From Microcystaceae cyanobacterium (GTDB lineage Bacteria > Cyanobacteriota > Cyanobacteriia > Cyanobacteriales > Microcystaceae), in NCBI GenBank assembly GCA_041746575.1, contig JBGTGT010000116.1:1-64000 (forward strand): a DNA stretch of 64,000 nt, written 5' to 3'. The notes beneath the pieces are model-generated. The model made no database searches. It worked only from the letters and a program-made list of their open reading frames with translations, and was not told where the DNA came from. The position numbers and the translations under genes are program-made. Within the stretch, counting starts at the first letter, position 1. The number at the start of each line of letters is the position of its first letter. Of this stretch, positions 1 through 9,608 are shown one piece after another.

Positions 1-117
1 TGGAATTACCGTCAAATGGGTTCCAATACCATCATTGAAGCCTTTGGACAAGCTGTCGCCATTTTACAGGGAATCAATGCCATTAGCTTAACCGAAGACA
101 ATTTCACATTTACGTAA
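1..117 (+). CDS. C-terminal end of a gene entering from the left, probably a secreted RTX/Ca-binding-type protein
   Basis: Frame 1 is open to TAA at 115-117: WNYRQMGSNTIIEAFGQAVAILQGINAISLTEDNFTFT. This resembles the C-terminal tail of cyanobacterial hemolysin-type Ca-binding proteins. Confidence 0.5.
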   Translation, partial: WNYRQMGSNTIIEAFGQAVAILQGINAISLTEDNFTFT

Positions 118-122
118 AAAAC

Positions 123-150
123 GTAGGGGCGCAAGACTTGCTTGCGCCTA
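123..150. repeat. GTAG-family REP-like palindrome between convergent genes
   Basis: GTAGGGGCGCAAG-acttg-CTTGCGCCTA. Related hairpins lie at 29603-29651, 37538-37559, 49678-49705 and 51034-51053. Confidence 0.6.
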
Positions 151-155
151 TTAAC

Positions 156-1850
156 TTAATTTGTCCCCTGATTTTCCTTAAACTCCACCCAACATCTTAC
201 CGTACCGGCTCGTTGAGCGATCGCTGTGATTTGCATTTTGCCCCCTGTTGGGGCTTTAATCACCCATTCTCGATGACAACGGTTATCGTTCCCTTTCGCA
301 TAACTACGATAGACTTTATTAGCCCGTCCTTCCAAATGGCCGATCTCCTGTTCGCGTTGTCCACTGACAAGAGTAGCATCCTCAGGAAGTTGAAGTAAAA
401 TCTTAATCGGTTGCACTGCTTTACGTTCTAGGGCTTTTTGACTGGTATAAGTCGGTAAAAAGCCAATATTCTGCCATTGTACAGTCACATGATAGATATT
501 CTCTCCCTGATGACTCACCTCATGACGCACCACTGTCAACCGAGGGGACATCAATGCGTGAGAAATCGCAAAATCACATTGTTTTTGACATAATTCAGGC
601 AAATATTGCGCGGGTGCATTACGCCAGACATTTTTCTCATCCCATCCCCCAATTTCCACCGTTCCCAGTTGCGGATGGTCAAAAGGAGTCCAAGCAATAA
701 AGCCTTTACCCCCTAAGTGTTCATCATTCCATTTTAGCAATTTTAAGTCATCCTCTGGCGGATGCCAAGAAAACCAACGAATATAATCCTCTTTTTGGAT
801 TCCTGCTTCCGTTGGTGCATCCCACAGTTCAATTGTAAAGCCAAACCACCCCCAATGATCATAGGCATAATCATCCATCACACCCGTCGTGGTTTCTTTA
901 GGATGATAACGGAAATCGTGATACACAGAGATACAGGGATATCCTGTTATTTTAGTACCTTTTTCGCCAATTAACTTGAAAATTTCCAAATCTTCGACGG
1001 GAAAATGGTCATCAGGATGCGTGCTATAAGGGCGCAAAATAACGGCTGAATAGGTATGATAAGTAATAAATCCATTAATATTAGGATGAGTTCGCCAAAA
1101 TTCAGCTTCTGCACGAGTTTCTGGCTCAGAAAAGGGAAATTCCCCTGCTCCTTGCTGCTCTGCTTCGGGTTGCCACAGATAAGGATAGTTTCGATTAAAA
1201 TCCAATCCTTCCACCGAGGGAGCGAGTTTCACCTCATAGCCATCGTAGTTGCGAATAGTTCCTTCTGGGAAAAGATTATAGTACGTTCCGCCGAATTCAT
1301 CAGGTTCACGGGGTATCATTAAGCGAGGATCATCTGTTGAGACTTTCCATGCACCGGCTTCATCTTTTATGCGCATTTGTAAGATTAGACCATCATTATT
1401 GATATCTTCTCGATGCAGTCCATCTTTTTCGTCGTCGTGAGGATAAGGACGAATGCTTGAGCGCAAGTAATAAGGCGTTGTTAGGTACTTTTCCGCCCCA
1501 TCTACCGCAATACGGGGCAAAATATAGATCGTATAGTGATCAAGAAGATAAGTAACTTGCTCCACTTGACCATAGTGGGTTAAAAGATAATAAAGAATAT
1601 AGCAGGCAACGGCTGATCCTGTCACTTCGCTAGCGTGGGTATTTGCATCAATCCAATAGGCAGGTTTTTCGAGGAAATCTCCGGTATTTTGCTGAGTTAA
1701 GGTCGCTAACCAGATATCTTTACCCCCATAACTTTGACCAATGACTTGCCGTTGGATTAAGTACGGATAATTGATCGCCATTTGATCTAAAAAGGCAACC
1801 AATTCATCATGTCGGAAGTAATGGCTGAAATCGAAGGAAGAAAGGGTCAT
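156..1850 (-). CDS. M14 family zinc carboxypeptidase
   Basis: HxxE zinc motif (DANTHASE), DFNRNY, FSEPET, ITYHTY and FTIELW motifs; no signal peptide. Confidence 0.9.
   Translation of the reverse strand: MTLSSFDFSHYFRHDELVAFLDQMAINYPYLIQRQVIGQSYGGKDIWLATLTQQNTGDFLEKPAYWIDANTHASEVTGSAVACYILYYLLTHYGQVEQVTYLLDHYTIYILPRIAVDGAEKYLTTPYYLRSSIRPYPHDDEKDGLHREDINNDGLILQMRIKDEAGAWKVSTDDPRLMIPREPDEFGGTYYNLFPEGTIRNYDGYEVKLAPSVEGLDFNRNYPYLWQPEAEQQGAGEFPFSEPETRAEAEFWRTHPNINGFITYHTYSAVILRPYSTHPDDHFPVEDLEIFKLIGEKGTKITGYPCISVYHDFRYHPKETTTGVMDDYAYDHWGWFGFTIELWDAPTEAGIQKEDYIRWFSWHPPEDDLKLLKWNDEHLGGKGFIAWTPFDHPQLGTVEIGGWDEKNVWRNAPAQYLPELCQKQCDFAISHALMSPRLTVVRHEVSHQGENIYHVTVQWQNIGFLPTYTSQKALERKAVQPIKILLQLPEDATLVSGQREQEIGHLEGRANKVYRSYAKGNDNRCHREWVIKAPTGGKMQITAIAQRAGTVRCWVEFKENQGTN
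217..224. repeat. HIP1 octamer GCGATCGC (representative copy)
   Basis: Other copies include 3358, 4633, 5590, 20794, 39082 and 60447. HIP1 is a hallmark of many cyanobacterial genomes. Confidence 0.9.
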
Positions 1851-1891
1851 TATTCCTATTAATGTCTCAAAACAATTTTAGATTGATGACT

Positions 1892-2272
1892 CTAAGAAGA
1901 TTGAACAAACAGACGTAAGCGTAATAAGCTCAATGTTTGTCCCAGATTAAGGGGCAACAGAGAAATTCCTTCTAAACGAGATTGTACCCAACCTTCTCCC
2001 CAATACCATTGATGGTAACCGTCAATCCCTTTACTCAAGAGCATCTGCAAAGAATTTTCACTGACCTTTTCGACATGATGTTCAATGGCAATTAATCCTG
2101 TCCAACTGGTAAAAGTTGTTCCCACTTGCAGGTATTCAGGGAGATTAGGGGAAAGAAACTGTGGAAGTAACCATTGACGTAATTTTGGCGTATGGCAAAG
2201 ACTGTCACGAATTTTTGCTTCAGAAGCCGCTAATTCAATTCGAAGTTGACTTTGTTGAAACGTTCCTAACAT
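1892..2272 (-). CDS. conserved cyanobacterial hypothetical protein (possibly SRPBCC-like)
   Basis: 126-aa ORF with GIDGYHQWYWGEGWVQSRLEG, co-oriented with the M14 peptidase. Confidence 0.65.
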   Translation of the reverse strand: MLGTFQQSQLRIELAASEAKIRDSLCHTPKLRQWLLPQFLSPNLPEYLQVGTTFTSWTGLIAIEHHVEKVSENSLQMLLSKGIDGYHQWYWGEGWVQSRLEGISLLPLNLGQTLSLLRLRLFVQSS

Positions 2273-2554
2273 GGTTTCAAAGCGAAAGGTCTAAACTTAG
2301 GGTAGCAAAATTTATGGGGTATCAGTACGAGTCTTAATTTGTTCCTCTCCGTTGGTTGGTAAAAATAAGAGAAAAACCCATTAATAGCACAAAATACTTG
2401 AGGTTCTGACGGTTTCTTCTGGCCCCTTGCCTTTGTTAAGTCCTCATTTCACGTTTATTTTCCGCCATCGACTCACTGAAATAATAGACAAGAAAGACCG
2501 CTTAATCTTATAATGATAAAGGCCTGATAAAGGTATCAAAGTAGGGAAAGTTGG

Positions 2555-3484
2555 ATGAGTCCTAAAAAACTGAACGACGACGACAAAACAGAAATTCTCA
2601 AGCTTTATCGAGAAACGTCGGCCACTACCTCTACGTTGGCCGATCACTATGGCGTGAGTAGCTCCACTATCAGTCGCTTTCTCAAGACGAATCTTTCAGA
2701 GACAGAGTATGAAGACCTCATTCAACAGAAACGCTTAGCTCGTACTTCAAAAGTGGAAGATAATGAGGATTATTCCTCAAAACAAACCAGCTTAGAGCTT
2801 TATTTAACCCAGACGCTCGCTGAATCTTTTCCCCTCAAAGAAGAACCTACCGCCAATATTGAATCAAAAACTGAAGAAAAAAAAACAGAAGATCAGCATG
2901 AACCTCAAAAGTTACTGAAGAATTTTATAGAAGAACCTAAAAAGACAATTCTTCCCGTTTTTCCCAAAAAAGCCGAACCCATCCTCAACAATTCCTCGCT
3001 AGATGAAGAGGAAGACGACGAAGATGAAAGCGTACAGATAGCTGCCCTAGGAGAGATGTTTGGGGAGGATTTATTAGATTTAGACGAAGAAGATGACCTT
3101 GAAGAAGATTGGGACGAAGAAGACGACCTTGAAGCAGATTATCCTGCCTCTTTAACGACTGAAGCGAGTTTACAAATTCTGCCGCTTGCCGACGCTCAGT
3201 TTCCCCCTACCTGTTATATCGTTATAGACCGTACCGCCGAGTTAATTACTTGCCCCTTGCGAGAATTCACCCATTTAGGCAATATTCCCGACAATGAAGT
3301 CTATCAGCGCACATTGCCCATCTTTGATAATCATCGAGTGGCACGACGATTTTCTAAGCGATCGCAACGAGTGATTAAAGTTCCCGATGCCCGTATTTTT
3401 CGGAAAACCTCCAGTTACTTAGCGGCTAAGGGCATTACACGAATCTTCTTAGATGGTCGAATTTATGCCCTATCTTCGGTATGA
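2555..3484 (+). CDS. N-terminal HTH protein with acidic linker (conserved cyanobacterial hypothetical)
   Basis: HTH-like TTSTLADHYGVSSSTISRFLK, a D/E-rich middle and a folded C-terminal domain (CYIVIDRTAEL...LPIFDNHRVARRF). Confidence 0.75.
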   Translation: MSPKKLNDDDKTEILKLYRETSATTSTLADHYGVSSSTISRFLKTNLSETEYEDLIQQKRLARTSKVEDNEDYSSKQTSLELYLTQTLAESFPLKEEPTANIESKTEEKKTEDQHEPQKLLKNFIEEPKKTILPVFPKKAEPILNNSSLDEEEDDEDESVQIAALGEMFGEDLLDLDEEDDLEEDWDEEDDLEADYPASLTTEASLQILPLADAQFPPTCYIVIDRTAELITCPLREFTHLGNIPDNEVYQRTLPIFDNHRVARRFSKRSQRVIKVPDARIFRKTSSYLAAKGITRIFLDGRIYALSSV

Positions 3485-3521
3485 GTAAGCATTAACCTTT
3501 GATTTCTCATCAACTAATTTT

Positions 3522-4739
3522 ATGATACATCAAGCACCGGCCGGCGCAAGGGATTTACTGCCCCTTGAAGTGGTTCAGAAAGCATGGATTAATGATAGTC
3601 TGCAAGCGACTTTTCAACGCTGGGGATATCAACGAATCGTCACCTCAACCTTAGAATGGGTAGAAACCTTAACGGCGGGAGGGGCAATTGACTCTTCAAC
3701 GGTGATTCATCTTCAGGATAACTCAGAAGGTTATCTCGGACTACGACCCGAATTAACAGCATCGATTGCGAGAGCGGCGGTTACCCGCATGGCAGGGAGT
3801 ACCTATCCCCAACGGTTATGTTATCGCGCCAATGTCTTTCGCCATCCCGAAAAAGGTCACCATGGTCGTCAGTTAGAGTTTTTTCAGGCAGGAGTTGAAT
3901 TATTATTTGCAGGAGGCGTGTTAGCCGATGCGGAAATTCTCTTATTATTAGCCGATTGCTTGAATCAACTGGGTATTCCACAATGGCAGTTAGTTTTAGG
4001 AGAAGCTGGATTAACGCGATCGCTTCTTTCTGCGTTTCCTAAGGGGTTAAAAGCGCAAGTTCGGGACTGTATTGTCCATTTAGACTATGTAGGCTTACAA
4101 AATCTGGATTATCCGACGGCTGACTTAGAAAAACGAGCAATGTTGCTATTTGACTTACGGGGTAATCCCCAAACCGTGTTAGCAACGGTATTAACCTTAG
4201 ACTTAGACAATACCATTAAAGAAAGCGTCAATAACCTTACCGCGTTGATAACGGTGATCAATCAAAATTATCAAGACTTGCCAATCGTTTTAGATTTAAG
4301 CCTCTTGCAAACGTTTGATTACTATACCGGAATTGTCTTTAAAGTCCTTAGTCAAGGGGAACATCAACTCTTAACCTTGGCACAAGGGGGACGTTATGAT
4401 CAATTGCTCAGTGTGTACCATCCCCAAAAAGAAGCCTCACCGGGCATTGGTTTTTCGTTAAATATTGAAGATTTATACACAAAATTGCTTAAAACAGCCC
4501 ATTTGCCCCAGATTTTACCCCAAATTGACTGGCTAGTGATTCCCCAATCCCCTCAAGCGGCGGCGGCGGCTTTTCACTATGCCCAGAATCTACGGCAAGC
4601 GGCAGAAAAAATCCGAGTTGAAATGGAAATTGGCGATCGCACCCCACAAGACATTCGAGAATATGCCCGTCATTGTCGGATTAAATCGTTAGTGTGGGTT
4701 AATGAATTAGGAGAAGCGAAGATTGAACAAAATGCTTGA
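3522..4739 (+). CDS. hisZ: ATP phosphoribosyltransferase regulatory subunit
   Basis: HisRS-like fold: GARDLLP, LRPELTASIAR, EFFQAGVEL, YYTGIVF, GGRYD. Confidence 0.93.
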   Translation: MIHQAPAGARDLLPLEVVQKAWINDSLQATFQRWGYQRIVTSTLEWVETLTAGGAIDSSTVIHLQDNSEGYLGLRPELTASIARAAVTRMAGSTYPQRLCYRANVFRHPEKGHHGRQLEFFQAGVELLFAGGVLADAEILLLLADCLNQLGIPQWQLVLGEAGLTRSLLSAFPKGLKAQVRDCIVHLDYVGLQNLDYPTADLEKRAMLLFDLRGNPQTVLATVLTLDLDNTIKESVNNLTALITVINQNYQDLPIVLDLSLLQTFDYYTGIVFKVLSQGEHQLLTLAQGGRYDQLLSVYHPQKEASPGIGFSLNIEDLYTKLLKTAHLPQILPQIDWLVIPQSPQAAAAAFHYAQNLRQAAEKIRVEMEIGDRTPQDIREYARHCRIKSLVWVNELGEAKIEQNA

Positions 4740-4926
4740 GGAGAGTCCCCTTTTCTCACTTTCATCTCTAAGAGAACTCCCATTAGGTTTTGATAATCCG
4801 ATTTAGCTGAGATAGCCTCAGAGAAACCCGTCTTGCGACTTGATGAGGTACAGGGTTGATGGTGGGGTTGCAAGGTTTGTGCGCCAAAGTGGATGATATT
4901 AACTCGCAATTTGCAATAAATTGACG

Positions 4927-6372
4927 TTAACGGACAGAATTTGCCCAATCTCTTGCCCATTCAAGGGTTTTTCGCACCTCTGCCATCGTTGGAGCTTCAC
5001 AATACAATCGCAATACAGGTTCAGTGCCACTAAAGCGAATCAGTAACCAACGGCTATCCGCCAATCGGAATTTATAGCCGTCTTGGGTAGAGCAATCCGT
5101 AACCTTCTGAGCCGCAATTTCAGTCAACGGATGATTTTCTAAGGTTTCTAACAACTTTTCTCGCACTTCCATACTCGCAAGGGGCAAATCAATGCGATCA
5201 TAGCAATGATAAAAATTCATTTTATCCTGCAATTGAGCATACAATGCCCCTAAATCCTTGCCACTCTCCACCACTGCCTCTAAGACATACAACGCCGATA
5301 ATAGGGCATCTCGTTCGGGAATATGGACACCATATCCCACTCCTCCTGATTCTTCGCCGCCAATCAACACTTGAGCGTTTAACATTCGATCCGCAATATA
5401 CTTATAGCCAATGGGTGTTTCAAAAACCGAGAGATGGTACGATTTTGCGAGTAAGGGAATTAAATCTGAACCACTGAGCGTTTTAACGATTTCTCCTGTT
5501 TGTTTTTTGTGTTCGACTAAATGTTCAATTAAAATGGGAATGAGTATCTGAGAACTCAGAAAATTCCCCTCGCCATCCACCGCCGCAATGCGATCGCTAT
5601 CCCCATCAAACACTAATCCAACCCGTAATTGAGTTGAATTTTGTGATTTTGCGGTTTTAACAGCAGTAAATAACTCAGATAAATACTTAGGCAACGGTTC
5701 AGGTGGATTTCCCCCAAATAGCACATCTCTTTGAGAGTGGATTTCCGTAATCGGACAGCCTAAAATCCGTTCTAAGCCACTGGCGGCGGCTCCGTACATC
5801 ACATCAGCAAAGACTTTCAATTTGCCCGATGCCACTGCCTGACGAATGGGGGCAACATTCACTTTTTCCTGTAATCCTTGACAATAGCTTTGCCAAGGGT
5901 CGAATGTTTCTAACTTACCCTTTTCTGCCTTAAATTCGGGTGAATTGGGCAATAATGCTTCAATTTGTTGCGTTAATTCAGGAGAAACTGATCCGCCAAA
6001 CGCCCCTTTTACTTTTAAGCCTAAATACTGGGGAGGATTGTGGCTAGCCGTTAAAACAATTGCCCCCAACGCTTTTCGCTCATAAGCCGCCCAACTAAAG
6101 GCAGGGGTAGGAGCATAACCATCCGAGAGTAAAACATCGTAACCAGCAGATTGTATGGCTTCTGCTGCCACTTTTGCAAATTTTTCTGCCATGAATCGTC
6201 GATCATAGCCTACAATTACCCAACGTCCTTGACTGGTTTGACCATAATTGTCTTCTAAAATTTTGGCCGCCAACGGGGCAAGCAGAGCCACGCGTTCAAA
6301 AGTAAAATCAGCCGCAATTATACCACGCCAGCCATCCGTGCCAAATTTGATAGGATTTACCGTAAACATCAT
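4927..6372 (-). CDS. phosphoglucomutase/phosphomannomutase
   Basis: FGTDGWRG, TASHNP (catalytic Ser), FDGDSDR, GGEESGG and RFSGTEP. The real start is probably the ATG at 6372 or 6369, not 6459, which overlaps fabD. Confidence 0.92.
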   Translation of the reverse strand: MMFTVNPIKFGTDGWRGIIAADFTFERVALLAPLAAKILEDNYGQTSQGRWVIVGYDRRFMAEKFAKVAAEAIQSAGYDVLLSDGYAPTPAFSWAAYERKALGAIVLTASHNPPQYLGLKVKGAFGGSVSPELTQQIEALLPNSPEFKAEKGKLETFDPWQSYCQGLQEKVNVAPIRQAVASGKLKVFADVMYGAAASGLERILGCPITEIHSQRDVLFGGNPPEPLPKYLSELFTAVKTAKSQNSTQLRVGLVFDGDSDRIAAVDGEGNFLSSQILIPILIEHLVEHKKQTGEIVKTLSGSDLIPLLAKSYHLSVFETPIGYKYIADRMLNAQVLIGGEESGGVGYGVHIPERDALLSALYVLEAVVESGKDLGALYAQLQDKMNFYHCYDRIDLPLASMEVREKLLETLENHPLTEIAAQKVTDCSTQDGYKFRLADSRWLLIRFSGTEPVLRLYCEAPTMAEVRKTLEWARDWANSVR

Positions 6373-6442
6373 AGAATTTTGTTTAATTTTTCTGCATAAA
6401 GATTGTATCAAGCTTAGCGGCTTAGGGAAGTTTTGCAAACGG

Positions 6443-7318
6443 TCATTCGTTGTCACCACTACTTATATTTTGCAATTCAATGTCAGGGCAAGCTCGCTTG
6501 AGTAATCCGGTTAAAACTTTACCCGGCCCAACTTCAATCACTTTTGTCACGCTTTCTTGGTTAAATTGCGCCATAATTTCTCGCCATCGGACTGAACCTG
6601 TCATTTGCTGACTCAAACGCTGTTGTAACTCCGCTAAATCCATAGTAGGGGTGGGATTTACATTAGATAAAATTGCTGCTTGAGCCGGTTTTAAGTCAAT
6701 TTCAGCTAAAATAGTTTGAAATTTTTGAGATGCTTCTGCCATCATCGGCGAATGGAAAGCTCCCGATACTTTTAAAGGAACGACTCGCTTGGCTTGAATT
6801 TGGGCAATGGCTTGAGCAACCCCTGAAGGCGTTCCCGAAATGACCACTTGCTGACCGCTGTTATCGTTGGCTAGAACCACATCTGAAAGCTCATTAATGA
6901 CTTCATTTAGGCGATTTCGGTCAAATTTCATTAAAGCAGCCATTTGCCCTCCCGATGCACTATCCATCAACTCAGAGCGGGCTTTGACAAGGGTTAACCC
7001 TGTGGCAAAATCAAATACTTTGGCGGTGTAAAAGGCGGAATATTCCCCTAGACTATGACCGGCAACAAAATCGGGAATTCCCCTTTTTTCTGCCAGCAAA
7101 TCGCTTAAAATGGCTTCAATTACATAAAGACAGGGTTGAGTATATAATGTACGGGAAAGGGTGTCCTCGTCTCCTTGGCATTTTTCTAAGACCGACCATC
7201 CTAAAATTTGTTCAGCTTGCTCGAATTTTGCCTTTGCAGTCGAAAAATTGACTAAATCTAGCCCCATACCGACGGACTGCGAGCCTTGCCCCGGAAATAC
7301 CCACGCTATCTTTGACAT
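6443..7318 (-). CDS. fabD: malonyl-CoA:ACP transacylase
   Basis: FPGQGSQ, GHSLGEY, SGAFHS and EVGPGKVL motifs. Confidence 0.96.
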   Translation of the reverse strand: MSKIAWVFPGQGSQSVGMGLDLVNFSTAKAKFEQAEQILGWSVLEKCQGDEDTLSRTLYTQPCLYVIEAILSDLLAEKRGIPDFVAGHSLGEYSAFYTAKVFDFATGLTLVKARSELMDSASGGQMAALMKFDRNRLNEVINELSDVVLANDNSGQQVVISGTPSGVAQAIAQIQAKRVVPLKVSGAFHSPMMAEASQKFQTILAEIDLKPAQAAILSNVNPTPTMDLAELQQRLSQQMTGSVRWREIMAQFNQESVTKVIEVGPGKVLTGLLKRACPDIELQNISSGDNE

Positions 7319-7394
7319 TTTTCTTTTGAATTTTGGTTTACTCTTTTCAACGAATCGATCTTATCATTCAGCGGGATCGTAATAGGGATAAATT

Positions 7395-7631
7395 ATGAAA
7401 ATTTTGGTTATTCAAATGATTAAAGGGTATCGTTTATTGATTTCGCCTTTATTTCCACCCAGTTGTCGTTTTACACCGACTTGCTCACAATATGCACTAG
7501 AAGCAGTGGATCGCTTTGGGGCAATTCAAGGCAGTTGGTTGGCTCTTAAGCGGGTTTTACGGTGTCATCCCTGGCATCCGGGAGGCTATGATCCGGTGCC
7601 TCCTCGTCATTTCGTCGATGATCATCATTAA
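7395..7631 (+). CDS. yidD: membrane protein insertion efficiency factor
   Basis: [19 protein letters not shown]...[14 protein letters not shown]. Confidence 0.95.
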   Translation: MKILVIQMIKGYRLLISPLFPPSCRFTPTCSQYALEAVDRFGAIQGSWLALKRVLRCHPWHPGGYDPVPPRHFVDDHH

Positions 7632-7683
7632 TTGAGAATTATTTGCAAAAAGTATTGACAATTATTTTCAATAAGCTTATAGT
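7632..7683 (+). promoter_or_regulatory. sigma70-type promoter overlapped by Fur-box-like palindromes
   Basis: -35 TTGACA at 7655-7660, a 17-nt spacer and -10 TATAGT at 7678-7683. The near-palindrome ATTGACAATTATTTTCAAT (7654-7672) has a second similar copy just upstream. Confidence 0.8.
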
Positions 7684-7687
7684 AAAC

Positions 7688-7749
7688 ACAGTGTTCTCTT
7701 CTCAAGGATCGGTTATGGAATCGCTTGATCGCTGTCAGGCGATTCTTTT
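7688..7749 (+). ncRNA. isaR1: IsaR1-type iron-stress activated small RNA
   Basis: Starts ACAGTGTTCTCTTCTCAAGG (the conserved IsaR1 5' segment as recalled) and ends in the terminator GAATCGCTTGA-loop-TCAGGCGATTC-TTTT. It has a Fur-box promoter and sits directly upstream of crtH, as in Synechocystis. Confidence 0.85.
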
Positions 7750-7826
7750 ACTGAGTATTGACTGAGACGAAACAGGCTAAACTAGAGGACTGAAGGCAAG
7801 ATAATCCAACTGATTGAACGTTCAAT

Positions 7827-9335
7827 ATGGTAAACCTACAGACAACGACCTACGATGTGATTGTAATTGGCTCAGGGATAGGCGGATTGGTAACGGCGAC
7901 GCAATTAGCCGCCAAAGGGGCTAAGGTTTTAGTATTAGAACGCTATGTGATACCGGGGGGAAGCGCAGGATATTTTGAGCGAAATGGCTACCGTTTTGAT
8001 GTAGGTGCGTCAATGATCTTCGGATTTGGACAAAAAGGCACAACGAACTTGCTCACCCGTGCCTTAGACGCCGTTGACATGAGGATTGAGACCCTTCCTG
8101 ATCCCGTTCAGATTCACTATCATTTACCTAATGGGTTAGATTTAAAGGTTCATCGAGATTATGAGCAGTTTTTGCGAGAAATAATCGCTCATTTCCCCCA
8201 TGAGAAGGCAGGGATTGAACGCTTTTATGGGGAATGTTGGCAAGTGTTTAACTGTCTTAATGCCATGGAATTGTTGTCGTTGGAAGAATTGGGCTATTTA
8301 ACGAGGGTTTTTTTCCAGCATCCGTTAGCTTGTTTGGGATTGCTTAAGTATTTGCCTTTAAATACGGGAGATATTGCTCGAAAATATATAAAAGACCCTA
8401 TTTTACTCAAATTTATTGATATAGAGTGTTATTGTTGGTCGGTTGTTCCAGCCAATCAAACGCCGATGATTAATGCTGGGATGGTTTTTTCGGATCGTCA
8501 TTATGGTGGAATTAACTATCCGCAGGGGGGAGTGGGAAAAATTGCCGAGAAGTTAGTGGAAGGATTAGAAAAGTTTGGCGGTGAAATCCAGTATAAAGCC
8601 AGAGTGACTCAGATTTTAACAGAAAACGGTCGAGCGATCGGGGTTAAATTAGCCAACGGACATCACTATTTAGCCAAACGGATTGTGTCTAATGCCACGC
8701 GGTGGGATACCTTTGAGAAGTTGTTATCAACCGAAAAAATGCCGAATCGAGAGAAACGTTGGCAAAAACGCTATCAACAATCTCCTAGTTTTCTCAGTCT
8801 TCATTTAGGGGTTAAAAAAGACGTTTTACCTATTGGAACAGAATGTCATCATATTTTGCTAGAAAATTGGCAAGAAATGGAGAAAGAACAGGGAACGATC
8901 TTTGTTTCGATTCCTACCTTACTAGATCCCACCCTAGCACCTGAAGGTTACCATATTATCCATACCTTTACGCCGAGTTGGATGAGCGAATGGCAAGATC
9001 TTTCCCCGCCAGCGTATCAACAAAAGAAAGAATTAGCGGCAGAACAGTTGATTGAGCGATTGGAAGGTCTTTTTTCCGGGTTAGCGTCTGCGCTAGACTA
9101 TATGGAAGTGGGAACACCCCGCACTCATCGTCGTTTTCTGGGACGCCAAAATGGCACTTATGGACCCATTCCTCGGCAAAAACTGCCTGGATTATTAACG
9201 ATGCCCTTTAATCGTACTGCAATTGCTGGTTTATACTGTGTGGGAGATAGTACATTCCCCGGACAAGGATTAAACGCTGTAGCTTTTTCGGGGTTTGCCT
9301 GTGGTCACCGTATTGCGGTGGATTTAAACTTATAA
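7827..9335 (+). CDS. crtH: carotenoid (prolycopene) isomerase
   Basis: FAD-binding [28 protein letters not shown] and GDSTFPGQG. Confidence 0.93.
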   Translation: MVNLQTTTYDVIVIGSGIGGLVTATQLAAKGAKVLVLERYVIPGGSAGYFERNGYRFDVGASMIFGFGQKGTTNLLTRALDAVDMRIETLPDPVQIHYHLPNGLDLKVHRDYEQFLREIIAHFPHEKAGIERFYGECWQVFNCLNAMELLSLEELGYLTRVFFQHPLACLGLLKYLPLNTGDIARKYIKDPILLKFIDIECYCWSVVPANQTPMINAGMVFSDRHYGGINYPQGGVGKIAEKLVEGLEKFGGEIQYKARVTQILTENGRAIGVKLANGHHYLAKRIVSNATRWDTFEKLLSTEKMPNREKRWQKRYQQSPSFLSLHLGVKKDVLPIGTECHHILLENWQEMEKEQGTIFVSIPTLLDPTLAPEGYHIIHTFTPSWMSEWQDLSPPAYQQKKELAAEQLIERLEGLFSGLASALDYMEVGTPRTHRRFLGRQNGTYGPIPRQKLPGLLTMPFNRTAIAGLYCVGDSTFPGQGLNAVAFSGFACGHRIAVDLNL

Positions 9336-9608
9336 GGTTGCCGTGTAAATACTATTGTGGAATCGCCCATATCTGACGGATGATTAGGATAGAAACCGAC
9401 TAGACTAAGGGTAGAGACGAATCTCCTTTTAACACCGGATGATTAAGGTAAAAACCGATAATTAGACGAGCCTGTAAGAGAGTAAGTCCTCATGTCTTAG
9501 GAACATCGTATTGATAGGCAAACTGGTCGCTTTCTAGGGTTTCATGGTTGGTTATTATTTGCTCACCTAACCCTTTCTTCCCAGCATAATGATTCGTGAA
9601 TTGATACA

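Noticed and set aside
156..1850. M14 carboxypeptidase as the maturation protease for the Grr peptides
   Set aside because: It is 25 kb away, apparently cytoplasmic, and nothing links it to the locus.
6373..6459. Apparent overlap between fabD and the phosphomannomutase ORF
   Set aside because: This is an over-extended start call; the conserved domain begins at MFTVNPIKFGTDG.
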